DNA of 64,000 nucleotides, from positions 68,381-132,380 of the forward strand of contig CAVWWK010000014.1 in assembly GCA_963758715.1 (NCBI GenBank). Reading direction: 5' to 3'. The position numbers and the translations under genes are program-made. The notes beneath the pieces were generated by a model, which did no database searches, had not been told where the DNA came from, and saw only the letters and a list, made by a program, of their open reading frames with translations. The DNA is from an uncultured Actinomycetes bacterium. GTDB lineage: Bacteria; Actinomycetota; UBA4738; HRBIN12. Of the stretch, positions 51,309-61,299 are shown one piece after another; position 1 is the stretch's first letter; each line of letters opens with the position of its first letter.

Positions 51309-51662
51309 CCGATCACCGGACCGAGTATCGAACTTCGGCACAGAGAGCGCCAGTGAGTCGCTCCATCCCGGGAAGGCATACGCGAGTCGTCACCCGGCCA
51401 TCCTGATCGTCGGGTCTTGCAACATCCTTGACGTCACGGTTCAGGGGATGTCTGGGGCCACCGGTGAGGGTTCTATTCGTAACGATCAGAGGGGATCGGA
51501 TGGCCACGCTCGAGAACCGCCGGACGCGTCGCGGAGCTGAGGTGTCATGCAGACGCGTTGTCCCGAGGGTCGCTGCGATGCCCTGCTCGCGTCGGCCGCG
51601 TGCATCGGATCGACGACGCCGGGGGCATCTGGCCAGATCCCACCCTTTAGGAGGCTGACCGA

Positions 51663-52763
51663 ATGAGCGAAGGCACCCGAACCTTTGCACGGATCCGCTG
51701 GCGAGGAGAAGCCGTGGGTCTCGCGCTCGTGCTCGTCCTGGCCGGATGCACCGATGCGGGCGAGCAGATCGCGACACCGGATGCGAGCGAAGGTAGTCAG
51801 ACACCGGTCGTCGGGTCGATGGGAGCGAGCCCGAGCGGAGCCACGGGGGATCCTGTCGCTGCGGACGTCGAGCTGGAACCCGGCCTGTACCGGCTCGACC
51901 CCGCGACAGGGGAGGCTGAGCTGTTCTTCTCCGCTGCCGGGGAATTGCGTGAGCCGGAGCGCTCACCCGAAGGCTCAGCGATCGTGTATCAGGGCTCGGG
52001 AAGGCGCGGGATCCCACAGATCTTCATGCTCGAGGACGGGGAGGCACGCAAGCTGACCCACCTGCCGGGCGGCGCCGCGGAGCCGACGTGGTCGCCGGAC
52101 GGATCGCTGATCGCGTTCGCGGGTGCGGTGAGCGAGGGCGACGACACGGACATCTTCGTGATGGAGCCCGGTGGCAGCGGCGTCCGCCTGCTCGCTCGAA
52201 CGAACGGATACGACCGCCGCCCCGACTGGTCCCCAGATGGCTCGCGGATCGTCTTCGACACGTACGGGAAGATCTGGGTGGCAGCCGTCGCCGACGGCCA
52301 CGTGACACAGATCCCGATCTCGACCCCTCAAGGCTACCCGGTAGCTCCGCTCTGGTCGCCGAACGGCCGATGGATCGCCGTCACGGGGTACGACTCGCAC
52401 ACCATCAACGGGCTCGTCCATATCACCCGTCTGTGGCTGGTGCGTCCCGATGGCACGGGCCGTCGATCCCTCGAGAAGGGGAAACCCAAGTTCTACGATT
52501 CGCAGCTGGAAGCGAGCTGGTCGCCCGACGGAAGCTCGATCGCGTTCCTTGGCGGGGAAGGGTTGGGAGCATCGAAGCTGGGGATCATCGACGTCCATAC
52601 GGGGAAGGTGGTCTTCATCTCTGCAGCCCGCAGGGTGATCGATCTCAGCTGGAGCGCCGAGGACTTCATCCTCGCGAGCGAGGCGGAGGGCGCTTCTCCA
52701 TCCCCTCCGATCACGGGAGTCTCGACCTCCGCCACTCGGGATTCCTGGCCCGACGTCGCGTGA
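51663..52763 (+). CDS. TolB-like beta-propeller lipoprotein (PD40 repeats)
   Basis: Intact 366-aa ORF with an SD (TAGGAGG) upstream and the lipobox LVLVLAGC. It has repeated WSPDGS/WSPNGR blades (TWSPDGSLIAF, DWSPDGSRIVF, LWSPNGRWIAV, SWSPDGSSIAF). It is divergent from giant paralog 3. Confidence 0.85.
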   Translation: MSEGTRTFARIRWRGEAVGLALVLVLAGCTDAGEQIATPDASEGSQTPVVGSMGASPSGATGDPVAADVELEPGLYRLDPATGEAELFFSAAGELREPERSPEGSAIVYQGSGRRGIPQIFMLEDGEARKLTHLPGGAAEPTWSPDGSLIAFAGAVSEGDDTDIFVMEPGGSGVRLLARTNGYDRRPDWSPDGSRIVFDTYGKIWVAAVADGHVTQIPISTPQGYPVAPLWSPNGRWIAVTGYDSHTINGLVHITRLWLVRPDGTGRRSLEKGKPKFYDSQLEASWSPDGSSIAFLGGEGLGASKLGIIDVHTGKVVFISAARRVIDLSWSAEDFILASEAEGASPSPPITGVSTSATRDSWPDVA

Positions 52764-52782
52764 AAGCTCTGAGCCAGCGAAC

Positions 52783-53093
52783 ATGAGGATCGACTCCGTG
52801 TTCCGTTCGTCTCTCCCATACGCCAGGTTCTCCGACGCGGACGGGAGCGACGTCCGCGAGCTCGTCCACTCGAGGGGCGGGTGGTACGGAGACAACGGGC
52901 AGGGCAGGTGGTCGCCGGAGGGCGGTGGATCTTCGACACGACGGATGGGAACCCCAAGACCTACCGGAAGGGGTATCTCTACCTGCTCGACCTCACGACG
53001 GGCCGCTCGAGACTCCTATGGGACGGACGGCGCCTCGAACACGCGGGTAGCAGGCGGGTTGTTCGGTCTTCGGCGGTCCTGCAAGCGAGTTGA
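52783..53093 (+). pseudogene. Possible short PD40-like remnant
   Basis: Two frames join to ...FSDADGSDVRELVHSRGGWYGDNGQGRWSP / GGRWIFDTTDGNPKTYRKGYLYLLDLTTGRSRLLWDG. This resembles one or two PD40 blades. There is no convincing start or full domain. Confidence 0.3.
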
Positions 53094-53305
53094 AAGGGAC
53101 CTGTACCACGGTGCGGTAGCACGAGAACCAAGGGAGGACCGGATGATCGACTTTGCGTGTTCCTTGCGTGCGCTTTGCACCGGTTCCACTCCTGACGCGT
53201 CACGATCGCCGCGCATGACGTTCCTGCACCAGATCTGTTGAGGCTCCCCAAGGAGAACCGGTGATGGGCCTAGCCCTTCACACGGATAGAGAGAGGAGGA
53301 GTGAC

Positions 53306-54594
53306 ATGAAGGGACGCTTGATCATCCGGCGCCCCGTTCGCAGGATCGGCGTCATCGGCGTCATCGCTGCGCTCGGTGCCGGGTTCATCTTGCCCGCGTC
53401 CCTGCCCGCAGCCGCGGTCGCGCCGAAGGACGCGGTCGTGGAATGGAACCAACACGCAGCGAACGCGCTCATCGTCACCGGGCTGCAGCCGCCGACCGTG
53501 GCTGCCTTGCACCTGGCGATGGTGCACGGAGCCATCTACGACGCGGTGAACGCGATCGACGGCGGCTTCGAGCCGTACCTGGTGAAGCCGCCGGCCGAAG
53601 AAGCTGGTACTCGAAGAACGCGGCCGCGGCGACGGCGGCGTTCAAGGTGCTCGTGAACATCGTGCCCACGCAGCAGGGCGCGTTGCAGTCGCTGTACGAC
53701 GCCACGCTCGCGGGCATCTCGAACGGGGCGGCGAAGACCGGCGGCATCGCCGTGGGCAACGCCGCCGCAACCGCGATGATCAACGAGAGGATGGGCGACG
53801 GCCGGTTCGGACCTCCCGGGTTCGACGTCGGCACGAAGCCCGGCGAGTGGCGCCCGACGCTGCCGTTGTTCCTCAACGACCCCGCCGCGTGGGTCGGTGA
53901 CGTGGAACCGTTCCTGATCAAGAGCCCGTCGCAGTTCCGTACTGAAGGACCGAACGAGCTCAAGAGTTGGAGGTACACGAAGGACTTCAAAGAGGTGAAG
54001 GCGATCGGTTCGCGCACGAGCACGACGCGGACCGCCGATCAGACCGACATCGCGAAGTTCTGGGCCGACCACGCGACGGCGATGTGGAACCGCATCTTCC
54101 TGCAGCTCTCGGACACCGAGGACCTGTCGATCGTGGAGAACGCGCGGTTCTTCGCGATGCTCTTCCTGACGGACGCCGACGCGATCATCGGCTGCTGGGA
54201 CGACAAGCAGCACTACGGCTTCTGGCGGCCGATCACGGCGATCCGTGAGGCCAATACCGACGGGAACCCCAAGACGGCTCGCGATACCGAGTGGTTGCCG
54301 CTGATCGACACGCCCCCGTTCCCCGATCACCCATCGGGCCACGGGTGCGCCAGCGGCTCGATCGCACGCACGCTGCAGGCGTTCTTCGGAACTGACCAGA
54401 TGGAGTTCAGCACGAACAGTGTGGTGTCGGGAACGACGAGGAAGTTCACGACCTTCACCCAGGCGATCGAGGAGATCGTCGACGCGCGTGTGTACAGCGG
54501 GATCCACTTCCGGACCGCCGACGAGCAGGGCGCCCTGATGGGCAAGAGGGTCGCCAACTACGCGCAGGACCACTTCTTCGAGCGGGACGACTGA
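53306..54594 (+). pseudogene. Secreted PAP2-superfamily / vanadium-haloperoxidase-like protein, one frame break near 53600
   Basis: An SD (GAGAGGAGGAG) precedes the ATG at 53306, followed by the signal peptide IGVIGVIAALGAGFILPASLPAAAVA. All three PAP2/haloperoxidase motifs are present: KQHYGFWRP (Kx6RP), HPSGHG (PSGH) and ARVYSGIHFRTAD (SRx5Hx3D-like). Confidence 0.8.
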
Positions 54595-54619
54595 CGGAAG
54601 GCGTCGACCCGGGCGACGG

Positions 54620-54642
54620 GTGGGCCGCATCGAGCGGCCCAC
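54620..54642. terminator. Hairpin between convergent genes
   Basis: A perfect 9-bp stem GTGGGCCGC / GCGGCCCAC encloses the 5-nt loop ATCGA. It sits between the stops at 54594 (+) and 54653 (-). Confidence 0.5.
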
Positions 54643-54652
54643 CTGCCGCTGC

Positions 54653-55240
54653 TCAGGTGGCGTGCTTCTCCGGCTCCCAATGGTCGCCATAGCGCTCGTG
54701 AGCCGTCGCGCGAGGTTCGTCTTCGATCTGTGTCGCCATCGTGTCGTTCCATCGATTGAGGAAGCCGAACAGACCGACCACCGAGAGGATCTCCACGATC
54801 TGCCCGTCGTCCCAGTGCGCGCGGAGCGCCAGGAAGTGTTCGGGCGTGACCTCGTTGGGCACCAGAGAGGCGTCGCGCGCGAAGCGCAGCGCCGTCCGCT
54901 CACCCTCGTCGTACAGGTCCGAGCGTTCGAAGTTCCAGATCTGCGCGACCTTGGCGTCCGGCACACCTCGCTCGCGGGCATCGACCGCCTCGTGGGCCTG
55001 GCAGTAGCGGCAACCGGACGCGATGCTCGAGACGATCGCGATCAGGGGCTTCAACGGCTTCGGCAGGGTCCCCGAGTTCCAGACCTGGGTGATCAGCTCG
55101 CTGAACGCGCGCAAGATCTCCGGGCGTCGCGCCATGGTGTAGAGGCTGTTGGGGACGAAGCTCAACGTCTCGTCGTAGTGGCGGAAGAGCGCCTCGAGCT
55201 CGGGATGGTCCTCGCGCCGCAGCGGTTCCATGCGCGCCAT
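54653..55240 (-). CDS. Carboxymuconolactone decarboxylase / AhpD-like peroxidase-related protein
   Basis: Intact 195-aa ORF with the CxxC motif IASGCRYCQAHE. The surrounding helices are typical of the AhpD-like fold. Confidence 0.8.
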   Translation of the reverse strand: MARMEPLRREDHPELEALFRHYDETLSFVPNSLYTMARRPEILRAFSELITQVWNSGTLPKPLKPLIAIVSSIASGCRYCQAHEAVDARERGVPDAKVAQIWNFERSDLYDEGERTALRFARDASLVPNEVTPEHFLALRAHWDDGQIVEILSVVGLFGFLNRWNDTMATQIEDEPRATAHERYGDHWEPEKHAT

Positions 55241-55287
55241 CCGCGAAGACTACGACCGCGGACGCCCGCCCGCGGCGAGGGGTCCGC

Positions 55288-55851
55288 CTACGACTCGATG
55301 AGCTCGTCGAGCCGGCGTTCCAGGTCCTCGGAGGAGAGCTCCTGCGGAACCACGGTCGTGTCACCGGAGTCGTCCACGAAGACCCATGCCGGTTGGTACG
55401 CCACGCCGAAATGCCCCCAGAGCGAACCGTCTTCGGTGACCGCCTGTTCGAAGGGCAGGTCGTACCGATCGACGAACTCTTGCATCGCCTCGACGCCGTC
55501 GTTCCCGGGCACTCCCAGGAACGTCACCCTGTCCGCATAGTCTCGCGCCACCTGCGCGACTCCCGGGGCTGCGCCCTGGCACCGTACTCACCACGGAGCC
55601 CAGAACCAGATTGCGAGATCTCGTCCCGCGAACTCGGACCCCTCGACGGTGCCGCCGGACAGCCGCGGCGCGGAGAACCCCAGGATCTCGGGGACCGGCC
55701 GTTCCTCGCCGGGGCTCGGCTTCGCCTCGGCGGACGAGGGACTCGGCCTCGCACCGTCGGCCGGCGCCGGGGACGGTGACGATGCGCACGCTGCCGAGAA
55801 CACGCCCATCACGATCAGCAGCGCTGCATGTCGGAGTGACGTGCGGATCAT
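55288..55851 (-). pseudogene. Thiol:disulfide oxidoreductase lipoprotein (TlpA/ResA-like), frame break at the active site
   Basis: The ATG at 55851 overlaps the kinase stop. The protein has the lipobox VMGVFSAAC. The sequence ...DLAIWFWAPW then shifts frame to (C)..C-QGAAPGVAQVARDYADRVTFLGVPGND.... Assembled from ORFs 55588..56175 and 55288..55551. Confidence 0.75.
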
Positions 55852-57072
55852 GCCGGCAGCTCGATCGCGAATCGGGCGCCTGCGGTCGGCATGGGCTCGG
55901 CGACGATCCTGCCGTCCATCGCTTCGACGATCCTCCTGGCGAGCGCGAGACCCAGGCCCGCCCCCGGTCCGGAGCGAGCGGGATCCTCGCGGAAGAACGG
56001 ATCGAAGACACGCTCCAGGTTCTCGGGCGCGATGCCGTCCCCGGTGTCCTCCACGGCCAGCCGCAGCCGGTCTCCGTCCCGGTGCGCATCCAGGCGAACC
56101 GAGCCGTCGGCGGGCGTGTGCCGCACCGCGTTCGCGAGCAGGTTCTGCAACACCCTTCCCACGCGCGGCGAGCACCGGACGTCTTCGACGCCCGCGATGG
56201 TGGTCTCCAGCATCAGGCCCTTCTCCTGGGCGGCCATCGAGACCGCGTCGACCGCGGCGACGATCACCTCATCGAGTCTGGCGCGCGTGGTCTCGGCCTC
56301 GATCGCTCCGGCGTCCAGCTGCGTGAGCTCGAACAGGTCGTCCACCATGGAGGAGAGCTGCGAGACCGACCGACGCATCTCCGCCACGTACCGGCGGAGG
56401 CTCGCCTGATCGGCGACCACGCCTTCGTCGATCGCCTCCACCATCGCACGCAATGAGGCGAGGGGCGTACGGAGATCGTGGGAAACGGTCGTGATGAGGT
56501 CGCGCCGCATCGATTCCTGTTCACGCTCCCGAGCGGCGGACGCTTCCAACGTGGCGGCCATGTCGTCGAGCGTGGCCGCCAGGGTGTCGAGCTCGGGCCC
56601 GGCGTCGATCGGCCCGGTGCGGGCGCCGAGGTCTCCTTCGCCCATGCGCCGGGCGGTCGCTTCCAGTCGCGCGAGGGCGTCCGACGACGAGCGAGCGACG
56701 ACAAGGGCGCCCGCGACGCCCGCCGCCGCCGAGTAGACCAGCAGCACCGCGACCAGGGTCGGCATCGTGATCGCTCACCGCCATCTGCAGGACCAGCACC
56801 CCGATGTTGGCGATCGCGATGACCGCGCCCAGCAGCGCCACGGCGACGAAGCGCTGCCGCAGCGAGGTCCTCGCCAGCAGGGTTCGCGCCAGCACCGCCG
56901 CCAGCACGGTGACCACGGCTGCGGGGACGAGGAACGCGACCAGGTGGCTTCGCTCCGACGCGTCGACACCCATCGCGGCCGCCACGAGGACCGTTCCCGC
57001 GGCGCCGGCCGCCGCCACGGCCACGACGAGCACGAGCGTGCGCCAGCCCGAGGCGCCGTCGCGCGCGATCAT
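55848..57072 (-). pseudogene. Sensor histidine kinase, one frame break near 56770
   Basis: The N-terminal TM region lies in the frame of ORF 56521..57207 (MIARDGASGWRTLVLVVAVAAAG...). The HAMP, H-box VSHDLRTPLASL, N-box LLANAVRHTP, and G-boxes VEDTGDGIA and GLGLALARRIV lie in ORF 55848..56765. The start overlaps the regulator stop (ATGA at 57069-57072). Confidence 0.85.
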
Positions 57073-57768
57073 GGCTCGAACCGGTAGCCCACGCCCCAGA
57101 CCGTGAGCACTCGCGTCGGATGGGACGGATCGTCCTCGATCTTCTCCCGCACGCGGCGAACGTGGACCGTGATCGTCGAGCTGTCGCCGTCCCACGCGAA
57201 GTCCCACACCTCTTCCAGGAGCTGCGTGCGCGTGAACGTCACGCCGGGATTGGAGGCCAGGAACGCCAGCAGCTCGAACTCCTTCCGGGTGAACTGCACG
57301 GGGACGTCGTCGAGGCGCACCTCGCGGCGCGCCAGGTCGATCTCGAGGTTCCCGGAACGGATCGTGGCCGGCGCCTTCTGAGCCGATCCGTTCGCGCGTC
57401 GCAGCACCGCGCGCACCCGCGAGACGACCTCACGCGGCGAGAACGGCTTCGCGATGTAGTCGTCGGCGCCGAGGTCCAGGCCGACGATCCGATCGGTCTC
57501 GTCGCCACGCGCGGTGAGCATGATCACCGGGACGCTCGATGCCGCTCGCATCAGGCGGAACACCTCCAGCCCGTCGACGCCAGGCAGCATCAGGTCGAGC
57601 AGCACGAGATCTGGGGTATCCCGGCCGAAGCGATCCAGCGCCTCGCCTCCGTCCCGGGCCGTTTCGCACCCCGAAGCCCTCGGTCTCCAGGTAACGAGCC
57701 AGGACCTCGCGGACCATCGGCTCGTCGTCGACGACCAGCACCCGAGCGTCTTCCATCGCGTCCAGCAT
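57069..57768 (-). pseudogene. OmpR-family response regulator, one frame break near 57665
   Basis: ARVLVVDDEPMVREVLARYLETEGF lies in ORF 57430..57768. LVLLDLMLPGVDGLEVF...GADDYIAKPFSPREV... and the wHTH (TRKEFELLAFLASNPGVTFTRTQLL...VWGVGYRF) lie in ORF 57069..57605. Confidence 0.85.
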
Positions 57769-58006
57769 GCACCCGTGTCCTTACCGAAGCCTTACTTCTT
57801 AGCTACGCCCCGGCACCGCGAACGGTTTCCGAGGTCCAGGTCAGACGAGCGGTGGAATCGTTCGATTTCGGCAATCGGTCCGACACCGGTTCGAAATGGC
57901 GCGGCGCCTACGGTCGGATCGATGCGGCGTCATCACCCCCTCGGAGGAGGTGTCCCCACCGTTCCCGTCGTATCAGGACCGCACGCGATCGAAGGAGGAA
58001 CCTCGC

Positions 58007-59113
58007 ATGGCACGTTCACGTACCCGGAGGCTCGCGGCGCTCGCGCTCGGGCCTCTCCTCGTGCTCTCGGTCGTCGCCGCGACGCCCGCCCGGGCCGACG
58101 GATCGACCGGCGCCGTCTACACCCTGTCCAACGACCCCGCCGGCAACCGTGTGGTGATCTTCCGCCGCGCCGCGAACGGGTCCCTGCATGCTGCCGGATC
58201 CGTCCGCACGGGGGGCCTCGGTTCGGGTGGGGGGCTCGGCAGTCAGGGTGCCATCGTCCTCAGCGACAGCGGACGCTGGCTCATCGGGGTGAACGCCGGG
58301 AGCGACGAGCTGTCACTGTTCGCCGTGAGCGGGATCGGCCTCCGACGGACGGCGGTCGTGGGATCGGGAGGAGACCTGCCGATCAGCGTCACCGTCCACG
58401 GCAACCTCGTGTACGCGCTGAACGACGGTTCCGACGACCTGGTCGGCTTCAGGATCGCCTCGTACGGGCGGCTCCTGCGGATCCCCGGCTCGAGGATCGG
58501 ACTGTCTGGTGACGACGTCGCGCCCGCCCAGGTCGAGTTCACCCCGAATGGCCGACGGGTCGTCGTGACGGAGAAGGACACGAACCTGATCGACGTCTAC
58601 CGGGTCCGCTCGGACGGCAGGCTCTCACCGCCGAACGTGCAGGCGTCGGAAGGCGCCACGCCGTTCGGGTTCGCCTTCGATCCGTCGGGGCGGCTGGTCG
58701 TCTCCGAGGCGTTCGGGGGAGCGCCCGGAGCGAGCGCGATGTCGTCCTACACCGTCGGTCTCGGCGGAACACTGACGACGCTCAGCGCGTCGGTGCCCGA
58801 CTTCGAGGCGGCCGCGTGCTGGGTGGCCATCACGCCCGACGGGCGGTTCGCGTACACGACGAACACCGGGTCCGACACGGTCTCGGGCTACGAGATCGCA
58901 GCGAACGGCGCCCTGACGCTGTTCGGCGGTGCCGCGTTCGCCGCGGGAGACGAACCGATCGACATGGGCATCGCGCGAGGGGAGTTCCTCTACACGCTCG
59001 ACGCCGGCTCCCACACGATCAGCGCGTTCGAGATCGAGGACGACGGGGAGCTCGAAGCGATCGCGGGCCGTGCGGGACTGCCGCCGGCTTCGGTCGGCCT
59101 CGCCGTCGCCTGA
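58007..59113 (+). CDS. Secreted lactonase-type seven-bladed beta-propeller protein
   Basis: An SD (GAAGGAGGAA) precedes the ATG at 58007, followed by the signal peptide LAALALGPLLVLSVVAATPARA. The body is intact and repetitive in a beta-propeller pattern (VYTLSNDPAGNRVVIF, VYALNDGSDDLVGF, AYTTNTGSDTVSGY, LYTLDAGSHTISAF). Confidence 0.75.
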   Translation: MARSRTRRLAALALGPLLVLSVVAATPARADGSTGAVYTLSNDPAGNRVVIFRRAANGSLHAAGSVRTGGLGSGGGLGSQGAIVLSDSGRWLIGVNAGSDELSLFAVSGIGLRRTAVVGSGGDLPISVTVHGNLVYALNDGSDDLVGFRIASYGRLLRIPGSRIGLSGDDVAPAQVEFTPNGRRVVVTEKDTNLIDVYRVRSDGRLSPPNVQASEGATPFGFAFDPSGRLVVSEAFGGAPGASAMSSYTVGLGGTLTTLSASVPDFEAAACWVAITPDGRFAYTTNTGSDTVSGYEIAANGALTLFGGAAFAAGDEPIDMGIARGEFLYTLDAGSHTISAFEIEDDGELEAIAGRAGLPPASVGLAVA

Positions 59114-59121
59114 ACGTGTCG

Positions 59122-59152
59122 CAGGCCCGGCCGCCGACGGTGGCCGGGCCTG
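59122..59152. terminator. Strong hairpin between convergent genes
   Basis: A perfect 11-bp stem CAGGCCCGGCC / GGCCGGGCCTG encloses a 9-nt loop. It sits between the stops at 59113 (+) and 59156 (-). Confidence 0.6.
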
Positions 59153-59155
59153 CCG

Positions 59156-60133
59156 TCACCCCTTGGGTCGGGGCGCGTCCGGGGACGATCCGTACAGCTC
59201 GGTGAGCTCGGCGCCAAGGCGCGCCAGATCCTCTCGAACCTCGGGAGGATCGACGACCTCGACCCGGGCGCCGAAGGCCGCGAGCTCCGAGCCTGACCGT
59301 ATGGGCCGACCAGCTCCTGATCTCGACCTCGACACGACCGCCGGGGACCGGGTCGCCGACCGTGATCCGTGCGCCGAACGCGCCCTGGAGCCATCGGCAC
59401 GGCCTCCGGGTCGGCGAGCGCGACCGCCCGGAACCACTCGCGCCGCTCGTCGATCGTGTCCACGATCTCCTTCCAGGTCTCCGCCAGGTCGAAGCCTTCC
59501 GGGCGTTCGGCGGGCTCGTCGGTGACGGTCACGTCGCGGATGCGACTGAGCCGGAACGTGCGCAGCCCCGCGTCGGTTCCGGCGACCAGGTACCAGACCG
59601 ACGCCTTGGCCACGAGACCCGAGCGGGTGCACCATGCGCTCGGTCTCGGGCCGGTCGCGACCCGCATAGCGCAGGTCGCACCTGCACGGCGTCCACGACG
59701 GCTCGCTGCAGGACGTCGAGGTGCTCGGGAGGCGGCACGCTCGTTCGGTCCCAACTCGTGGGGTCCAGCACCACGGCCGCGGCCGCCGACTCGGCCTCCG
59801 CTCGGAACGGCTCCGGGAGCGCGCGAACGAGCTTGCGGAGCGCGGCCTTGATCTGCGGGGTCGCGGAAGCCGACGGCCCGGCGACGAGGAACAGCGTGCG
59901 AGCCTCGGCGGCGGTCAAGCCGCTCAGGTCGGTGCGCGCGCCGCCCACCAGCGACCACCCGCCGCCCCGCCCCGCCTGGGAATAGACGGGGATGCCCGCG
60001 AGCCCCAAGCGCCTCCAGGTCGCGGCGGGCCGTCCGTTCGGAGATCTCGAGCTCATCGGCGAGCTCGGCCGCGGTGACGCGTCCCTGTCGCCTGGAGGAT
60101 GAGCAACACCGCCACGAGTCGGTCCGCGCGCAC
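59156..60133 (-). pseudogene. YafY-type transcriptional regulator (HTH + WYL + C-terminal domain), about five frame breaks
   Basis: The GTG at 60133 gives VRADRLVAVLLILQ..RGRVTAAELADELEISERTARRDLEAL (HTH). It is followed by GIPVYSQAGRGGGWSL, then the WYL core ...KASVWYLVAGTDAGLRTFRLSRIRDV, then the C-terminus ...FGARVEVVDPPEVREDLARLGAELTELY. The pieces are spread over ORFs 58990.., 59529.. and 59156.. Confidence 0.75.
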
Positions 60134-60247
60134 GCGCCCAGATTCTCACGGAAACCGGACAAGAGATGACCACTTTCGTCGGCGATGATGTGCGGCACGC
60201 AGGGAGTTGCACGAGATGGGTAGCAGGCGAAGAGCGAGGGGGGAGCG

Positions 60248-61299
60248 ATGCCGACATCGGCGATCGAGGCCGAGGGCCTCGTCAAGAGCTTCGGGAAGGT
60301 GCGGGCGCTCGACGGCATCGACATGGTGGCCGGCGAGGGCACCGTGTTCGGGTCTGCTCGGGCCCAACGGCGCCGGCAAGACCACCGCGATCCGGGTGTT
60401 GTCCACGTTGATCCGGCCGGATTCGGGCCGGGCGGCGGTCGGAGGCTTCGACGTCGAGCGTGAGCCCGAGAAGGTTCGACGGATGATCGGCCTGACCGGC
60501 CAGTACGCCGCGGTCGACGAGCTGCTGTCGGGCAAGGAGAACCTGTTCATGATCGGGCGGCTGCTCGGGATCCGCCCGAGCGAGGCACGTCGGCGCGCGA
60601 CAGAGCTGCTCGACGCGTTCGACCTGTCCGACGCGGCGACGAAGTTCGTCAAGACGTACTCGGGGGGCATGCGGCGTCGGCTCGACCTGGCGGCGAGCCT
60701 CGTCGGCCGGCCCCGCTTCCTGTACCTGGACGAGCCGACGACCGGATTCGATCCCACGGAGCCGTCTGGAGCTGTGGGGCATGATCCGCACGCTCGTTGC
60801 CGACGGAACCACGGTGCTCCTCACCACCCAGTACCTCGAGGAGGCCGACCGGCTCGCCGACGAGATCGTCGTGATCGATCACGGCAAGGTGATCGCCGCC
60901 GGCACCCCGCAGCAGCTCAAGACGCGCGTGGGAGGGCTGGTGCTGCAGGCGCAGCCCGACGGACCCGGTCGACCTCCCGGCGGTCGAGAAGATCCTGTCG
61001 GAGTTCGGCGACGACGACGAGGGCGTCTACAACGACGGACAGCTCGTCACGGTCCGGATCGAGGACCGCGCGGCGATCGGCTGGCGTTCCGGCGCCTCGA
61101 AGAGGCGGGAGTCGCGGTCGATGACCTGTCGCTGCGACGTCCCAGCCTGGACGAGGTGTTCCTGGCCGTCACGGGCCACGTCGCCGAGGAGGAACGCTCG
61201 GACGAGGACGAGGACGAGGTCACGAGACGACGAGCATCGACGAAAGGAAGATGGCATGAGCGCCGCCACCATCGCTCCGGCGGCGCGGCCACATCGTGA
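60248..61299 (+). pseudogene. ABC-2 type (DrrA-like) exporter ATP-binding protein, about three or four frame breaks
   Basis: Motifs seen: Walker [13 protein letters not shown]-loop [10 protein letters not shown], signature YSGGMRRRL, Walker [13 protein letters not shown], and [29 protein letters not shown]. Pieces lie in ORFs 60248.., 60207.. and 60781.. The exact stop is uncertain. Confidence 0.8.

Noticed and set aside
26407-51341. The kinase-containing giants might be ordinary PknB/PkwA-type Ser/Thr kinases with WD40 repeats.
   Set aside because: The kinase-like domain is internal rather than N-terminal. It lacks the HRD/DFG/APE consensus. It is flanked by a SARP wHTH-BTAD and a P-loop NTPase, so a simple kinase annotation would be misleading.
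51663-52763. The TolB-like lipoprotein might be a fifth member of the giant WD40 family.
   Set aside because: Its blades are PD40-type (WSPDGS..IAF with short spacing). It has its own lipoprotein signal, no conserved Cys-pair tail and no NTPase, so it belongs to a different propeller family.
53150-53190. The direct repeats TTGCGTG...TTGCGTG...TTGCAC upstream of the PAP2-like gene might be a response-regulator box.
   Set aside because: They are only 6-7 nt long and imperfect, and there is no second occurrence near the two-component operon promoter. This is not distinguishable from chance without a motif search.
61195-61225. There is a short tandem repeat, GACGAG x3 (GAGGACGAGGACGAGGACGAGG).
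   Set aside because: It lies inside the ABC ATPase C-terminal region and simply encodes an acidic DEDEDE linker. It is too short and too few in copies to be a CRISPR-like or regulatory repeat.
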